DNA of 64,000 nucleotides from an uncultured Ruminococcus sp. (GTDB lineage: Bacteria > Bacillota > Clostridia > Oscillospirales > Acutalibacteraceae). This document shows positions 48,601 through 58,507 of this stretch, in pieces; the stretch's first letter is position 1; each line of letters starts with the position of its first letter. Location: the NCBI GenBank assembly GCA_902784855.1, contig CACZWQ010000002.1:2547-66546 (forward strand), in the 5' to 3' direction. The position numbers and the translations under genes were made by a program. The notes beneath the pieces were generated by a model, which worked only from the letters and a program-made list of their open reading frames with translations, made no database searches and was not told the DNA's origin.

Positions 48601-48627
48601 ACGTTTTTTCGTCGCGGCCGTTTTTTT
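48593..48627 (+). terminator. Riboswitch expression-platform terminator
   Basis: CGGCCGC...GCGGCCG stem plus T7; its 5' arm is the 3' end of the aptamer. Confidence 0.8.
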
Positions 48628-48717
48628 ATTTCTATGGGAAATCGCCCGACTCTGCCGTGATTCGAGGACAAAACCGCGCACGGCTGCTGTCGGAGCGCCT
48701 GTAACAATGGAGCGACT

Positions 48718-50865
48718 ATGAAAAAAGTTATGATTGCGGTGTGTGTGATCGTCGCGCTCGTGATTCTGGCGGACGCCGCATATTTTCGCCTCGGGTGGTA
48801 TATCGACCTCAACCCGTCGGCGCCCGTGACCGCCTTTGTCAAGACGGACGGCAAGCGGATCATGATGGATCGCGGCGACGGCTTCGAGCCCTTTGAGATC
48901 AAGGGCGTCGACCTCGGCTCGGGCAAGCCCGGAGAATGGGCAAGCGCCTACGCCGTCGACGGCGATACCTATCTTCGCTGGTTCCGCGAGATCAAAGAGA
49001 TGGGCGCCAACACCATCCGCGTCTATTCCGTCGGGCAGGACGTGTTTTATCGCGCGCTGTACGAATTCAACGAAAACAACCCCGATCCCTTGTGGCTGCT
49101 GCAGGGGGTATGGATCGACGACGAGGTGCAGCGTTCCGTGCGCGACGCCTATGACCCCGCATTCTGCGAGGACTTTCTCAAAGAATGCCGCGTGATGCTC
49201 GATGTGATACACGGTGCGCGCAAGCTTTCTCCCGGCAGAAGGACGGGCGGCTCGGGCGCCTATCGCCGGGACGTCTCGCGCTGGGTGATCGGCTACATCC
49301 TCGGCGTGGAGTGGGAGGGCGCCACGGTCGCCTTTACCGACGAGAAGTACGCGCAGGACAGCGGGCGTAACCGCTACTGCGGCGAATATCTCTGCACCGG
49401 TGCGCAGGCGACGCCCTTTGAGTCAATGCTCGCGCGCGTCGGCGACGGGGTCATCTCCTACGAATCCGCGCGTTACAAGACGCAAAAGCCACTCGCCTTT
49501 TCCAACAGCCCCGCCACCGACCCCTTCGACTATCCGCAGGAAACGGCTTCCTTTTTTGCAAAGCAGGGCAAGGTGGATGTCGGGCACATCCTCACGACCG
49601 ACGCCTGTATCGCGGGGCAATTCGCCTCCTATCACGTCTACCCTTACTATCCCGACTATCTCAGCCGGATCGACGATTGGTCGCGCTTCGGCATCGCCGA
49701 CCGCGCCGCCTTCACCCTTGACGGCAGAGAGAATACCTACCGCGCCTATCTGACCATGCTCAACGCCCATCATACCATCCCCGTCGTCATTTCGGAGTTC
49801 GGCGTTCCGTCGGGCAGGGGCATGGCGCAGTGTGAGGCAGGGCTCGGGCGCAACCAGGGGAACATGAGCGAACGCGAACAGGGCGACGCGCTGCTGAGGT
49901 GCTGTGAGGACATCAAGGCGGCAGGCTGTGCGGGCTGCTGTGTGTTCTCATGGCAGGACGAGTGGTTCCGAAGCAGCTGGAACACGAAATTCGCGGTCGA
50001 CCCCGACCGCACGCCCTACTGGTCGGATTACCAGACCGCCGCGCAGTCTTTCGGCTTGCTCGCGTTTGACCCGGGAGAGACGACCTCCGTCTGTTATCCG
50101 GACGGCGACGTCTCCGAGTGGGGCGAGAAGGACGCGGTGTGCGAAAACGGCGGCATGACCCTCTCGATGAAGTACGACGAAAAATACATCTATTTCCGCG
50201 TCAGCCGCAAGGGGCTCGACCTAAGGCGCGGAAAAATCTATATCCCGATCGACCTTACGCCCGAAAGCGGCAGCAGCTGCTGTCAAAACGACGGACTTCT
50301 GTTTGACCGCGCGGCGGATTTTCTGATCGTCCTCGACGGCAGAGACAACAGCCGCGTGCTGGTGCAGGAGCGCAGTGAAGCGCTGCGCGTCGCCGATCCC
50401 GTCAACGGCGGCGTCCCCGATAAGGACTCGCCGCGCTTTGTGAACATCAATATGCTGCTGCAAAACGGGACGCGCACGCAAGCCGCCGAGACCTTTGAGA
50501 CGGGAAAGCTGACCTACGGCAACGCAAACCCGGAAAGCCCGGCATTCGATTCCAAGGCGGACTTTTTCGCGGACAGCGACAACGTAGAGCTCCGTCTGCC
50601 GTGGCAGCTGCTCAACTTCTCCGACCCGTCGCGCATGCGCATCCGCGGCGACTGTGACGGTGCCGACGGCGTTTCGACCGTTGCCGTCGAACAGCTGTGG
50701 GCGGGTGTTTCCGACGGCAGTGACAAGAAAAGGATCGCGCTCGGGACGTTCCCGCTTCGCGGCTGGGGCGACCGCCCCACCTTTCATGAGAGACTGAAAA
50801 GCGCCTACTATGCGCTGCAGGGCATCTGGCGCCTTAACCCGACAAGCACGGAGGTGAACGGATGA
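48718..50865 (+). CDS. Membrane-anchored/exported clan GH-A-like glycoside hydrolase
   Basis: N-terminal TM; FEIKGVDLG, IKEMGANTIRVY, YILGVEW (putative acid/base), VVISEFG (putative nucleophile), FSWQDEW. Confidence 0.7.
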   Translation: MKKVMIAVCVIVALVILADAAYFRLGWYIDLNPSAPVTAFVKTDGKRIMMDRGDGFEPFEIKGVDLGSGKPGEWASAYAVDGDTYLRWFREIKEMGANTIRVYSVGQDVFYRALYEFNENNPDPLWLLQGVWIDDEVQRSVRDAYDPAFCEDFLKECRVMLDVIHGARKLSPGRRTGGSGAYRRDVSRWVIGYILGVEWEGATVAFTDEKYAQDSGRNRYCGEYLCTGAQATPFESMLARVGDGVISYESARYKTQKPLAFSNSPATDPFDYPQETASFFAKQGKVDVGHILTTDACIAGQFASYHVYPYYPDYLSRIDDWSRFGIADRAAFTLDGRENTYRAYLTMLNAHHTIPVVISEFGVPSGRGMAQCEAGLGRNQGNMSEREQGDALLRCCEDIKAAGCAGCCVFSWQDEWFRSSWNTKFAVDPDRTPYWSDYQTAAQSFGLLAFDPGETTSVCYPDGDVSEWGEKDAVCENGGMTLSMKYDEKYIYFRVSRKGLDLRRGKIYIPIDLTPESGSSCCQNDGLLFDRAADFLIVLDGRDNSRVLVQERSEALRVADPVNGGVPDKDSPRFVNINMLLQNGTRTQAAETFETGKLTYGNANPESPAFDSKADFFADSDNVELRLPWQLLNFSDPSRMRIRGDCDGADGVSTVAVEQLWAGVSDGSDKKRIALGTFPLRGWGDRPTFHERLKSAYYALQGIWRLNPTSTEVNG

Positions 50866-51956
50866 AAGTTGAGATTTTGATCTACGCCTATCTCGCCGTT
50901 TGCGCGGCGATGACCGGCTTCAATATCGCCTGTATCTTTCTGTTCCGCCGCAACGACAGAAAGCTGTATGAGCGGTGCGGCGACTATGCGGACGTCATCC
51001 GAAAGCAGATGCACAAGGACGCGATCGACGAGGCGCACCGCAGCTTTCTGCTGAAAAGCCTCGTGCACGTCAAGGGGCTTTTGGCGTTCGAGCGCTCGCT
51101 CGACATCCTAAACCGCGAGGACAGCGCCGCGCTGGAGCGCTACCTCGGTCAGCTCGTGCCGGTCTTTGCGCGCCTGACGCTTGAATACAGCCGCAAAAAC
51201 GAGGTGCAGGCAGCGTATTTTCCGTATTTGATCAGCCGCTACGGCTTTTTCAAGGGTCAGGACATCCCCTCCATCAATGACGTCCTTTTTGCGCTGCTGC
51301 ACAGCTCCGGCATTTACAGCCGTGAAAACGCCCTTGCCGCGTTCTATTCCATCGGCAACGCCGCGCACGTCGCACAGGCGCTGGAAATCGTCGACCGAAG
51401 CGGCTATTATCACCATAAAAAACTGATCACCGATGGGCTTATGACCTTTCAGGGCGACTGCCGGGAGCTGCAGGAGATGCTCTGGGCGCGGCTTGATGTC
51501 TACTCGGTCGCGATGCAGACCGCCATCCTCGACTATCTGCGCTTTTCGACGGGCGCCTTCTGTGAGCGCATGCTGGGACTGCTCTCGGATCACTATGACA
51601 GCGAGATCAACTTCTGCGCCATCCGCTACTTCGGCAAATATCGCTATGAGCCTGCCTACCCCGTCCTGCTCGGCTATTTGGAGCACGAGGACAGCGCGCG
51701 CTGGGAATACGCCGCCATCGCCGCTTTTTCGCTGGCGGCATACCCCTCGGAGCAGACGGTCAGGGCGTTGAAGGCGAAGCTGAACAGCCGCAGCTGGTTC
51801 GTGCGTTTCAACGCCTCGCAGAGCTTGGACAAGCTCGGGATGGAGTATGTCGACGTGGTCGACGTGTTCGAGAGCAACGACCGCTATGCCGGCGAGATGA
51901 TGCGTTACCGTCTCGAGCAGAAAAAATTGCGGGAAAGGGAGCTGAGACATCCATGA
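50862..51956 (+). CDS. Single-TM HEAT/PBS-lyase repeat protein
   Basis: N-terminal TM; C-terminal repeats such as AIRYFGKYRYEPAYPVL and ALKAKLNSRSWFVRFNASQSL. Confidence 0.75.
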   Translation: MKVEILIYAYLAVCAAMTGFNIACIFLFRRNDRKLYERCGDYADVIRKQMHKDAIDEAHRSFLLKSLVHVKGLLAFERSLDILNREDSAALERYLGQLVPVFARLTLEYSRKNEVQAAYFPYLISRYGFFKGQDIPSINDVLFALLHSSGIYSRENALAAFYSIGNAAHVAQALEIVDRSGYYHHKKLITDGLMTFQGDCRELQEMLWARLDVYSVAMQTAILDYLRFSTGAFCERMLGLLSDHYDSEINFCAIRYFGKYRYEPAYPVLLGYLEHEDSARWEYAAIAAFSLAAYPSEQTVRALKAKLNSRSWFVRFNASQSLDKLGMEYVDVVDVFESNDRYAGEMMRYRLEQKKLRERELRHP

Positions 51957-53383
51957 CACCGGGAATCTTCAACGACGGCGCCTTTGAATTCATCAGGGCG
52001 TTCCTCATTGGCGTCGAGTGGTTTTTCACCGCCTATCTGGTCTGCTACAGCACATTTTTGTTTATATCGGTGATCATCGGCTCCGCGGCGCTCTATCAAA
52101 AACGGCAGCAGGAGATCTTCAAGAACGTCCTGCTCAAGGATCACTTCATCCCCATCAGCATCATCGTGCCCGCCCGCAACGAGGAGGTCACGGTGACGGA
52201 GACCGTGCGCTCGCTTCTTGCGCTGGAGTATCCGCTGTTTGAGATCATCGTGGTCGACGACGGCTCCGTCGACGGCACCGCCGCGCGGCTGATCGAGACC
52301 TTCGGCATGCAGGCGATCCGCCGTCCCGTACAGCGCAAGGTGCCGTGCCGCCCCGCCGAGGAGATCTATGAGGCAAACGCGCACGGGGTCTTGCTGACGC
52401 TCATCCGCAAGAAGAACGGCGGCAAGGCGGACGCGCTGAATTTGGGCATCAACGCCTGCCGCTATCCGTACTTCATCTGTATGGACGCCGACTCGGTGCT
52501 GCAATACGATTCGCTGAGCAGGATCGTCAAGCCCGTGCTCGAGGACGAGAACATCGTGGCGGTCGGCGGCACGGTGCGCCCTGCCAACAACGTCACGCTC
52601 GAGGGCGGCAGGGTGTCGCGCTACCGTCTGCCGCGCAATCCGCTCGCCTGTATGCAGGTGCTGGAGTATGCCCGGTCGTTTCTCGCCTCGCGCATCCTCT
52701 TCGATAAATTCAACGGCTCGCTGATCATTTCGGGCGCATTCGGACTGTTCAAGAAGGACGCGGTCGTCGCAGTGGGCGGCTATGACGCGGCGACGGTCGG
52801 CGAGGACATGGAGCTGGTCGTCAAGCTGCACGACTACTGTATCTCGAACGGACTGCCCTATCGGATGCGCTACGCCACCGACGCGATCTGCTGGTCACAG
52901 GTGCCCGAGCATCTCAAGGACCTGTGCAGGCAGCGCAGACGCTGGCATCTGGGGCTGTTTCAGTCGATGTGGAAGCACCGCGTGATGCTCGGCAATCCCA
53001 AGTTCGGCGCGGTCAGCTTCATCTCCTGCTTTTACTATCTGTTTTACGAGCTGCTCTCGCCCTTTATCGAGATCTTCGGGATCGCCGCGGCGGTGCTCGC
53101 CGCCTTGGCAGGGCTGCTCGATCTTCCCTTCATGCTGCTCTTTTTCTGCGCCTACGCGGGCTTTGCGTCCGTGTTGACGATGACGGCGTTCTTTGCGCGG
53201 ACGCAGACCATCGACTTGAAGATCGACCCCGCAGACGCGCTCAAGGCAGCGGTGCTGAGCGTCGCGGAGCTGACGGTGCTGCGGTTTGTGCTGGTATGGG
53301 TGCGCGCGACCGCCTTCATCGGCTACAGAAAGAAAAAGCTGAGATGGGACAAGACCGAACGAAAGAAGATAGACCTGAAATAG
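51953..53383 (+). CDS. Processive GT2 polysaccharide synthase (PgaC/IcaA-like)
   Basis: SIIVPARNE, VVDDGS, NGGKADALN, DADS (DxD), GEDMEL, QRRRW (QxxRW); N- and C-terminal TMs. Confidence 0.9.
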   Translation: MTPGIFNDGAFEFIRAFLIGVEWFFTAYLVCYSTFLFISVIIGSAALYQKRQQEIFKNVLLKDHFIPISIIVPARNEEVTVTETVRSLLALEYPLFEIIVVDDGSVDGTAARLIETFGMQAIRRPVQRKVPCRPAEEIYEANAHGVLLTLIRKKNGGKADALNLGINACRYPYFICMDADSVLQYDSLSRIVKPVLEDENIVAVGGTVRPANNVTLEGGRVSRYRLPRNPLACMQVLEYARSFLASRILFDKFNGSLIISGAFGLFKKDAVVAVGGYDAATVGEDMELVVKLHDYCISNGLPYRMRYATDAICWSQVPEHLKDLCRQRRRWHLGLFQSMWKHRVMLGNPKFGAVSFISCFYYLFYELLSPFIEIFGIAAAVLAALAGLLDLPFMLLFFCAYAGFASVLTMTAFFARTQTIDLKIDPADALKAAVLSVAELTVLRFVLVWVRATAFIGYRKKKLRWDKTERKKIDLK

Positions 53384-53398
53384 AAACAAGGACTGCTT

Positions 53399-55279
53399 AT
53401 GAAACACAAATGGATTGTATGGCTCACGGCGGCGGTGCTCGCCGTGCTGAGCGTCACAGCTGCCGCTGCGGCGGTGAATTTCACCGAGGAGCCGACAGGC
53501 GGCGACACGGTCTACATCGCGGGCAACCCCGACGCCTACCCGATCGAATACTATGACGCCGAGGCGAAGGAATACAGGGGCATGCTGCCCGCGCTCTACC
53601 GGCGCATTTCGGAGGAGAGCGGGATAGACTTTACCTATGTCAGCGCCGGGCGCGCCGATCAGCAGGAGCGGCTTGCAAAAAACCTGCAGGTCGAGATCGT
53701 CTCCGCCCACCGGAAGGGCGCGGTGCCCGGCTTGAAGAACGAGACGGTTTTGTACCGCAGCGGGGGAGATGAGCTGTGCGTCGGCTTTACGGCGATCGCC
53801 TCCGACGAGCTGGTGAAAACCGTCGGCAGCGCGCTGCGCACGGCGCCGTCCGACGAGATCTGGCGCCTTTCGGCGGAGAACGCCGCCGAGCCGCCGGGCA
53901 GGTTCCCGCACTATCTGCTTTTCATCATCGGAGGCTTGCTTTTGGTGATCGCGGTGCTGGCGGTGTGGCTGCTGAAAAAAAGAAAGAACGAACAGCGCCT
54001 GCGCGAAAACAAGCTGTCCGACCCGCTGACGGGCATCGGCAACCTGCAATACTTTGAGCGCGGATACCAAGATATCGCCCGTTCACCGTCGTGCACGCGC
54101 TGCTATATCGCCTATATCGGCATCGACACCAAGCGCGTCATCCAGTATGCCGATCAGGCTGTATCCGAGGAGATCCAGCGATGCGCCGCGTCCGAGATCG
54201 CCGCCGCGGCGGACGACAGCGGATTCTGCGCGCGCGTCAGCGACGGGCGGTTTGCCCTCGCCTTTACCGCCCCTGACGAGCAGACGGCATGGGAAAAGCT
54301 GGAGGCGCTGCTCGAGCGGCTCAACCGGATCGACAGCGACGTGATGATCCGATACCATCTGCGCTTTGCGGCGGGCGTGTTCCGCCTCGGCGCTTCTCCC
54401 GTATCCTGCAAGCAGGCGATGCTCAACGCGCGCCACGGCTTTTACCGCGCGCGGGAGCTTCATCAGCCCTATGCGGTCTGTGACGCCAAGCTGCTGCGGC
54501 GCGAGGAGTATGTCCACAGCCTGAAGGAGAAGCTGTGGAAGGCGATCGACGAGCGGGAGTTCAAGCTTTACATCCAATACATCTTCGACGGCAGGGGCGA
54601 GACAGCCTGCGGGGGCGAGGCGCTGTCGCGGTGGGAAAGCCCCGAGAACGGCGTGATCTATCCGGGCGAGTATATCGAAATGCTGGAGACCGCCGACATG
54701 ATCGACGAGCTTGACCTCTATATCCTCTCGGAGTGCTGCCGCACGCTTTCCGCGTGGCGCGGCACGGAGAAGCAAAACCTCTGGCTGTCGTGCAACATGA
54801 CGCGCATTACGCTGTCGGACGATGCGTTTTTGGAGCGGTTCTGCAAGGTCACGGAGGCGTATGACTTCGACCACGGCAAGCTGGTGCTCGAGATCACCGA
54901 GGACGCGCTGGCGGACAACAGCGAACAGATCGTGCGCAACATCGAGCGCTGCAAGCAGATGGGTTACCGCATCGCGCTGGATGACTTCGGCAACGGCTAT
55001 TCGTCGGTCAGAGATCTGGACGACTATCCCATCGACATCATCAAGATCGACCGCGACATCATCCTCGGCAGCCGCAGCGACAGGGGCAAGCGCCTGCTGA
55101 TCGGCATCGTCGGTCTGGCGCATTTTCTCGGCATCGAGGCGCTGTGCGAGGGCGTTGAGATCGAGCAGGAGCGCGCCGCCGCGCGGGAGGCGGAATGCGA
55201 CTATATCCAAGGCTATCTTCTTGCCCATCCTGCCCCCGCAGACGAAAAATCAACCGACAGGGGCGTGGTGTTTGCCTGA
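53399..55279 (+). CDS. Extracellular solute-binding sensor + TM + degenerate GGDEF + EAL phosphodiesterase
   Basis: Signal peptide; SBP-like YPIEYYD...RGML; DPLTG; GGDEF site reads SDGRF; EAL, EITE, DDFG.GYSS, KIDR, EGVE and QGY intact. Confidence 0.88.
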   Translation: MKHKWIVWLTAAVLAVLSVTAAAAAVNFTEEPTGGDTVYIAGNPDAYPIEYYDAEAKEYRGMLPALYRRISEESGIDFTYVSAGRADQQERLAKNLQVEIVSAHRKGAVPGLKNETVLYRSGGDELCVGFTAIASDELVKTVGSALRTAPSDEIWRLSAENAAEPPGRFPHYLLFIIGGLLLVIAVLAVWLLKKRKNEQRLRENKLSDPLTGIGNLQYFERGYQDIARSPSCTRCYIAYIGIDTKRVIQYADQAVSEEIQRCAASEIAAAADDSGFCARVSDGRFALAFTAPDEQTAWEKLEALLERLNRIDSDVMIRYHLRFAAGVFRLGASPVSCKQAMLNARHGFYRARELHQPYAVCDAKLLRREEYVHSLKEKLWKAIDEREFKLYIQYIFDGRGETACGGEALSRWESPENGVIYPGEYIEMLETADMIDELDLYILSECCRTLSAWRGTEKQNLWLSCNMTRITLSDDAFLERFCKVTEAYDFDHGKLVLEITEDALADNSEQIVRNIERCKQMGYRIALDDFGNGYSSVRDLDDYPIDIIKIDRDIILGSRSDRGKRLLIGIVGLAHFLGIEALCEGVEIEQERAAAREAECDYIQGYLLAHPAPADEKSTDRGVVFA

Positions 55280-55324
55280 CACGAAAGAGACGGCGGAATG
55301 TTCTTGAAAAGTGATAAAAAACAA

Positions 55325-55353
55325 TTGACATTAAGGCAAAAATTGGGTATGAT
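55325..55353 (+). promoter_or_regulatory. sigma-A promoter of the second EAL gene
   Basis: TTGACA-N17-TATGAT. Confidence 0.7.
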
Positions 55354-55395
55354 AATACTGAATAATTGGCTCAATTAACATACGGAGGACTTTGT

Positions 55396-58362
55396 ATGGA
55401 AAAGTATCGGTTTGACCCTGCTGTCTTTGCTGCACTGGAAAAGCTGCGCAGTCCGCTTGCCGTATATCAGTTTCTGGAAAAACGCGTCGTCACCATCATG
55501 CTCTCGGACGGATTCTGCGATCTGTTCGGGTTTGACGACAAGGCGGAAGCCTATTACATGATGGATCACGATATGTACGAGGCGACGCATCCCGACGACC
55601 GCGCACGTATCGCGAACGCGGCTTTCCGTTTTGCCACCGAGGGCGGCAAGTATGAAGCGATTTATCGCACCCTGACCAAAAACCGCGAAGGTTACATGAT
55701 CGTCCACGCCTTGGGCGAGCACGTCTACACCCCCGAGGGGGTGCGGCTTGCCTATGTCTGGTACACCGACGAGGGCAGTTACACGGGCGATGAGGAGACA
55801 ATGGCGCGCAACCTCAACGCCGCGTTCCGCAACGCCCTGCGTGAGGAAAGCATCATCAACGCCAGCCACTACGATTTTCTGACGGGGCTGCCGAGCATGT
55901 CCTATTTCTTCGTTCTGGCGGATGAATGGCGCCGCTCTCACATCAAAAACGGCGGCGTGGCGGCGCTGCTGTATATGGATCTGTGCGGGATGAAGTTCTT
56001 CAACCGCAAGCACGGCTTTTCGGAGGGAGACAAGCTTTTGCAGCAGTTTGCCGACATTCTCAAGGAGATGTTCAGCAACGAGAACTGCAGCCGCTTCGGC
56101 TCCGACCACTTCTGCGTCTTTACCGACGCCCGGGACTTGGAGGACAGGCTGCGCGACCTGTTTTTGTGCTTCATCGCCAACTCCGACCGGATGACGCTGC
56201 CCGTGCGCGTGGGCATCTATCTTGACCGCGACGCCTCGCTCGACATCAGCGTCGAGTGCGACCGCGCCAAATACGCCTGCGACACCATGCGCGATAACTA
56301 TCTCTCGAATTTCCGCTACTTTAGCGAGGACATGCTTGAAAAAACGGAGAACCGCCAATATATCATCGACCATTTCAGCCGCGCCGTTTCCGAGCGCTGG
56401 ATCCGGGTGTATTACCAGCCGATCGTGCGCTCCACCAACGGCAGAGTCTGTCACGAGGAGGCGCTGGCGCGCTGGAACGACCCGGAGAAGGGCATGCTGT
56501 CTCCCGCAGAGTTCATCCCCGTGCTGGAGGAGGCGAAGCTGATCTACCTGCTCGACCTGTGCGTGGTGGAGCAGGCGCTGGAGAAGATCCGGGAGCAGCA
56601 GGACGCGGGGATACCCGTTGTGCCGGTCTCGGTCAACCTGTCGCGCATCGACTTTGACGTCTGCGACATCATCGAGGAGATCGTGCGCCGCGTGGACGAA
56701 TCGGGCATCACCCGCGACATGCTCAATATCGAGATCACCGAGAGCGCCGTCGGCAACGGCACCGATTTTATGCAGGAGCAGGTGGCGCGCTTCCGCGAGC
56801 TGGGCTTCCGTGTCTGGATGGATGATTTCGGCAGCGGCTATTCGTCGCTGGATGTGCTGCAAAGCATCCATTTCGACATGATCAAGTTCGACATGCACTT
56901 TATGAAGGAGTTCAACAACAGCGAAAAGAGCCGCATCATCCTCAGCGAGCTGGTCAAAATGACGATCGCGCTGGGCATGGAAACGGTCTGCGAGGGCGTG
57001 GAAACCAAGGCGCAGGTGGATTTTCTGCGCGAGGTCGGCTGTACGATGATGCAGGGCTACTATTTCAGCCGCCCGATCTCCTATGAGGAGATCTGCATGC
57101 TCCATCAAAAGGGCGTGAAGATCAGATTGGAAAACAATGCGGAATCGGATTACTACGCCGCGGTGGGCAAGATCAATCTCTATGACCTTTCTGTCATCGC
57201 CAGCGAGGGCGACGATTCCTTTGACCATTATTTCAACACCCTGCCCATGGCGGTGCTCGAGACAACGGATCACAGCTTTACGCTGTTGCGCTGCAACCGC
57301 AGCTTCCGCGATTTTATGGAGCGCATGTTCGGCGTGATCGAGCTGGGGCAGTGGGTGAGCTATGACGACAGCACGGGTCAGTTCGGCAATACCTTCCTGC
57401 AGGCGCTGCGCGAGGTCGGTTCAAACGGCGGAAAGCGCCTGTTCGAAGAGGAGCTCAGGAGCGACTCTGTCGTGCACACGTTCCTGAAACGGATCGCGGT
57501 GAATCCCGTCAACGGCAATACGGCGGTGACATTGGCGGTGCTGGCGGTAGTGGATCCCAAGAATGTGCCGGTGAACTTTACCCAGATCATCAAGGCGCTG
57601 TCGGAGGATTATATCTGCTTCTACAATATCGACCTTGAGACAGAGAGCTATATCGAATATCAGGTGAACAGCGCTACGGCTGAGATGGTTGCCGAACGGC
57701 ACGGTACGCACTTTTTCGACGAGTGTCACGCCGACCCGCGCAATTTGGTCGCCGACGTCGACAGGGAAATGTTCAACAGCACGCTGACCCGCGAGAATGT
57801 GCTCGACGCCATCGAGCGCAGCGGCTCGTTCCGTATGAACTACCGCGTGATGCTCAACGGCGAGGTGCACTATGCCGAACTCAAAGCAGTGCGCAGCAAT
57901 CTCAAAGGACAACACATCCTCATCGGTATCAATAACGTCGACAAGCAGGTGCGCCAAAAGGAGACGCTCGAGCGCATGCGGCAGGAGCGGATCGCCTATT
58001 CGCGCATGTCGGCGCTGTCGGATGAATTTATCTGCATTTACACCATCAACGCCGCCACGGGGCATTATACGGAATACAGCATGACGAAATACTACGCGGC
58101 GCTGGGCGCGCCCGTCGAGGGCGAGGATTTCTTCGGCGAATCGCGCGTGGAATGCGAAAGGCTCCTCCACCCGGATGACTGCGAGGCGTTCAAGGCGGTG
58201 TTTTCCAAGGAGCATGTCCTGGAGACCATCCGCAAAGAGGGCGTGTTCAACCTGCGCTATCGCATGCTTCTCGACGGCGCCTACACGAAAGCCAGCATGA
58301 AGGCGGTGCTGGTGAAAGAGGAGGACGGCGAGAAGATCGTCGTGGGCGTGTCCCGCCGATAG
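55396..58362 (+). CDS. PAS-degenerate GGDEF-EAL-PAS multidomain c-di-GMP phosphodiesterase
   Basis: HPDDR PAS; DFLTGLP; GGDEF site reads GSDHF; EEALARW, EITES, DDFGSGYSS, EGVE, QGY; C-terminal PAS-like segments (LHPDD). Start ATG 55396 with GGAGG. Confidence 0.88.
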   Translation: MEKYRFDPAVFAALEKLRSPLAVYQFLEKRVVTIMLSDGFCDLFGFDDKAEAYYMMDHDMYEATHPDDRARIANAAFRFATEGGKYEAIYRTLTKNREGYMIVHALGEHVYTPEGVRLAYVWYTDEGSYTGDEETMARNLNAAFRNALREESIINASHYDFLTGLPSMSYFFVLADEWRRSHIKNGGVAALLYMDLCGMKFFNRKHGFSEGDKLLQQFADILKEMFSNENCSRFGSDHFCVFTDARDLEDRLRDLFLCFIANSDRMTLPVRVGIYLDRDASLDISVECDRAKYACDTMRDNYLSNFRYFSEDMLEKTENRQYIIDHFSRAVSERWIRVYYQPIVRSTNGRVCHEEALARWNDPEKGMLSPAEFIPVLEEAKLIYLLDLCVVEQALEKIREQQDAGIPVVPVSVNLSRIDFDVCDIIEEIVRRVDESGITRDMLNIEITESAVGNGTDFMQEQVARFRELGFRVWMDDFGSGYSSLDVLQSIHFDMIKFDMHFMKEFNNSEKSRIILSELVKMTIALGMETVCEGVETKAQVDFLREVGCTMMQGYYFSRPISYEEICMLHQKGVKIRLENNAESDYYAAVGKINLYDLSVIASEGDDSFDHYFNTLPMAVLETTDHSFTLLRCNRSFRDFMERMFGVIELGQWVSYDDSTGQFGNTFLQALREVGSNGGKRLFEEELRSDSVVHTFLKRIAVNPVNGNTAVTLAVLAVVDPKNVPVNFTQIIKALSEDYICFYNIDLETESYIEYQVNSATAEMVAERHGTHFFDECHADPRNLVADVDREMFNSTLTRENVLDAIERSGSFRMNYRVMLNGEVHYAELKAVRSNLKGQHILIGINNVDKQVRQKETLERMRQERIAYSRMSALSDEFICIYTINAATGHYTEYSMTKYYAALGAPVEGEDFFGESRVECERLLHPDDCEAFKAVFSKEHVLETIRKEGVFNLRYRMLLDGAYTKASMKAVLVKEEDGEKIVVGVSRR

Positions 58363-58383
58363 GGAACCCGATCGTGCATATCG

Positions 58384-58404
58384 AGGGCGAGCATGGCTCG
58401 CCCT
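58384..58404 (+). terminator. Putative terminator
   Basis: AGGGCGAGC-atg-GCTCGCCCT followed by TGCGTTTT. Confidence 0.55.
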
Positions 58405-58507
58405 TGCGTTTTGGTGCCGAGCGGTCGTTTTACCGTCACGGAAAGGATTTGCAATTTCGTAAATCCTGTGATATAATATGATAATCAAAAATACGGAGGT
58501 ATGGTAA

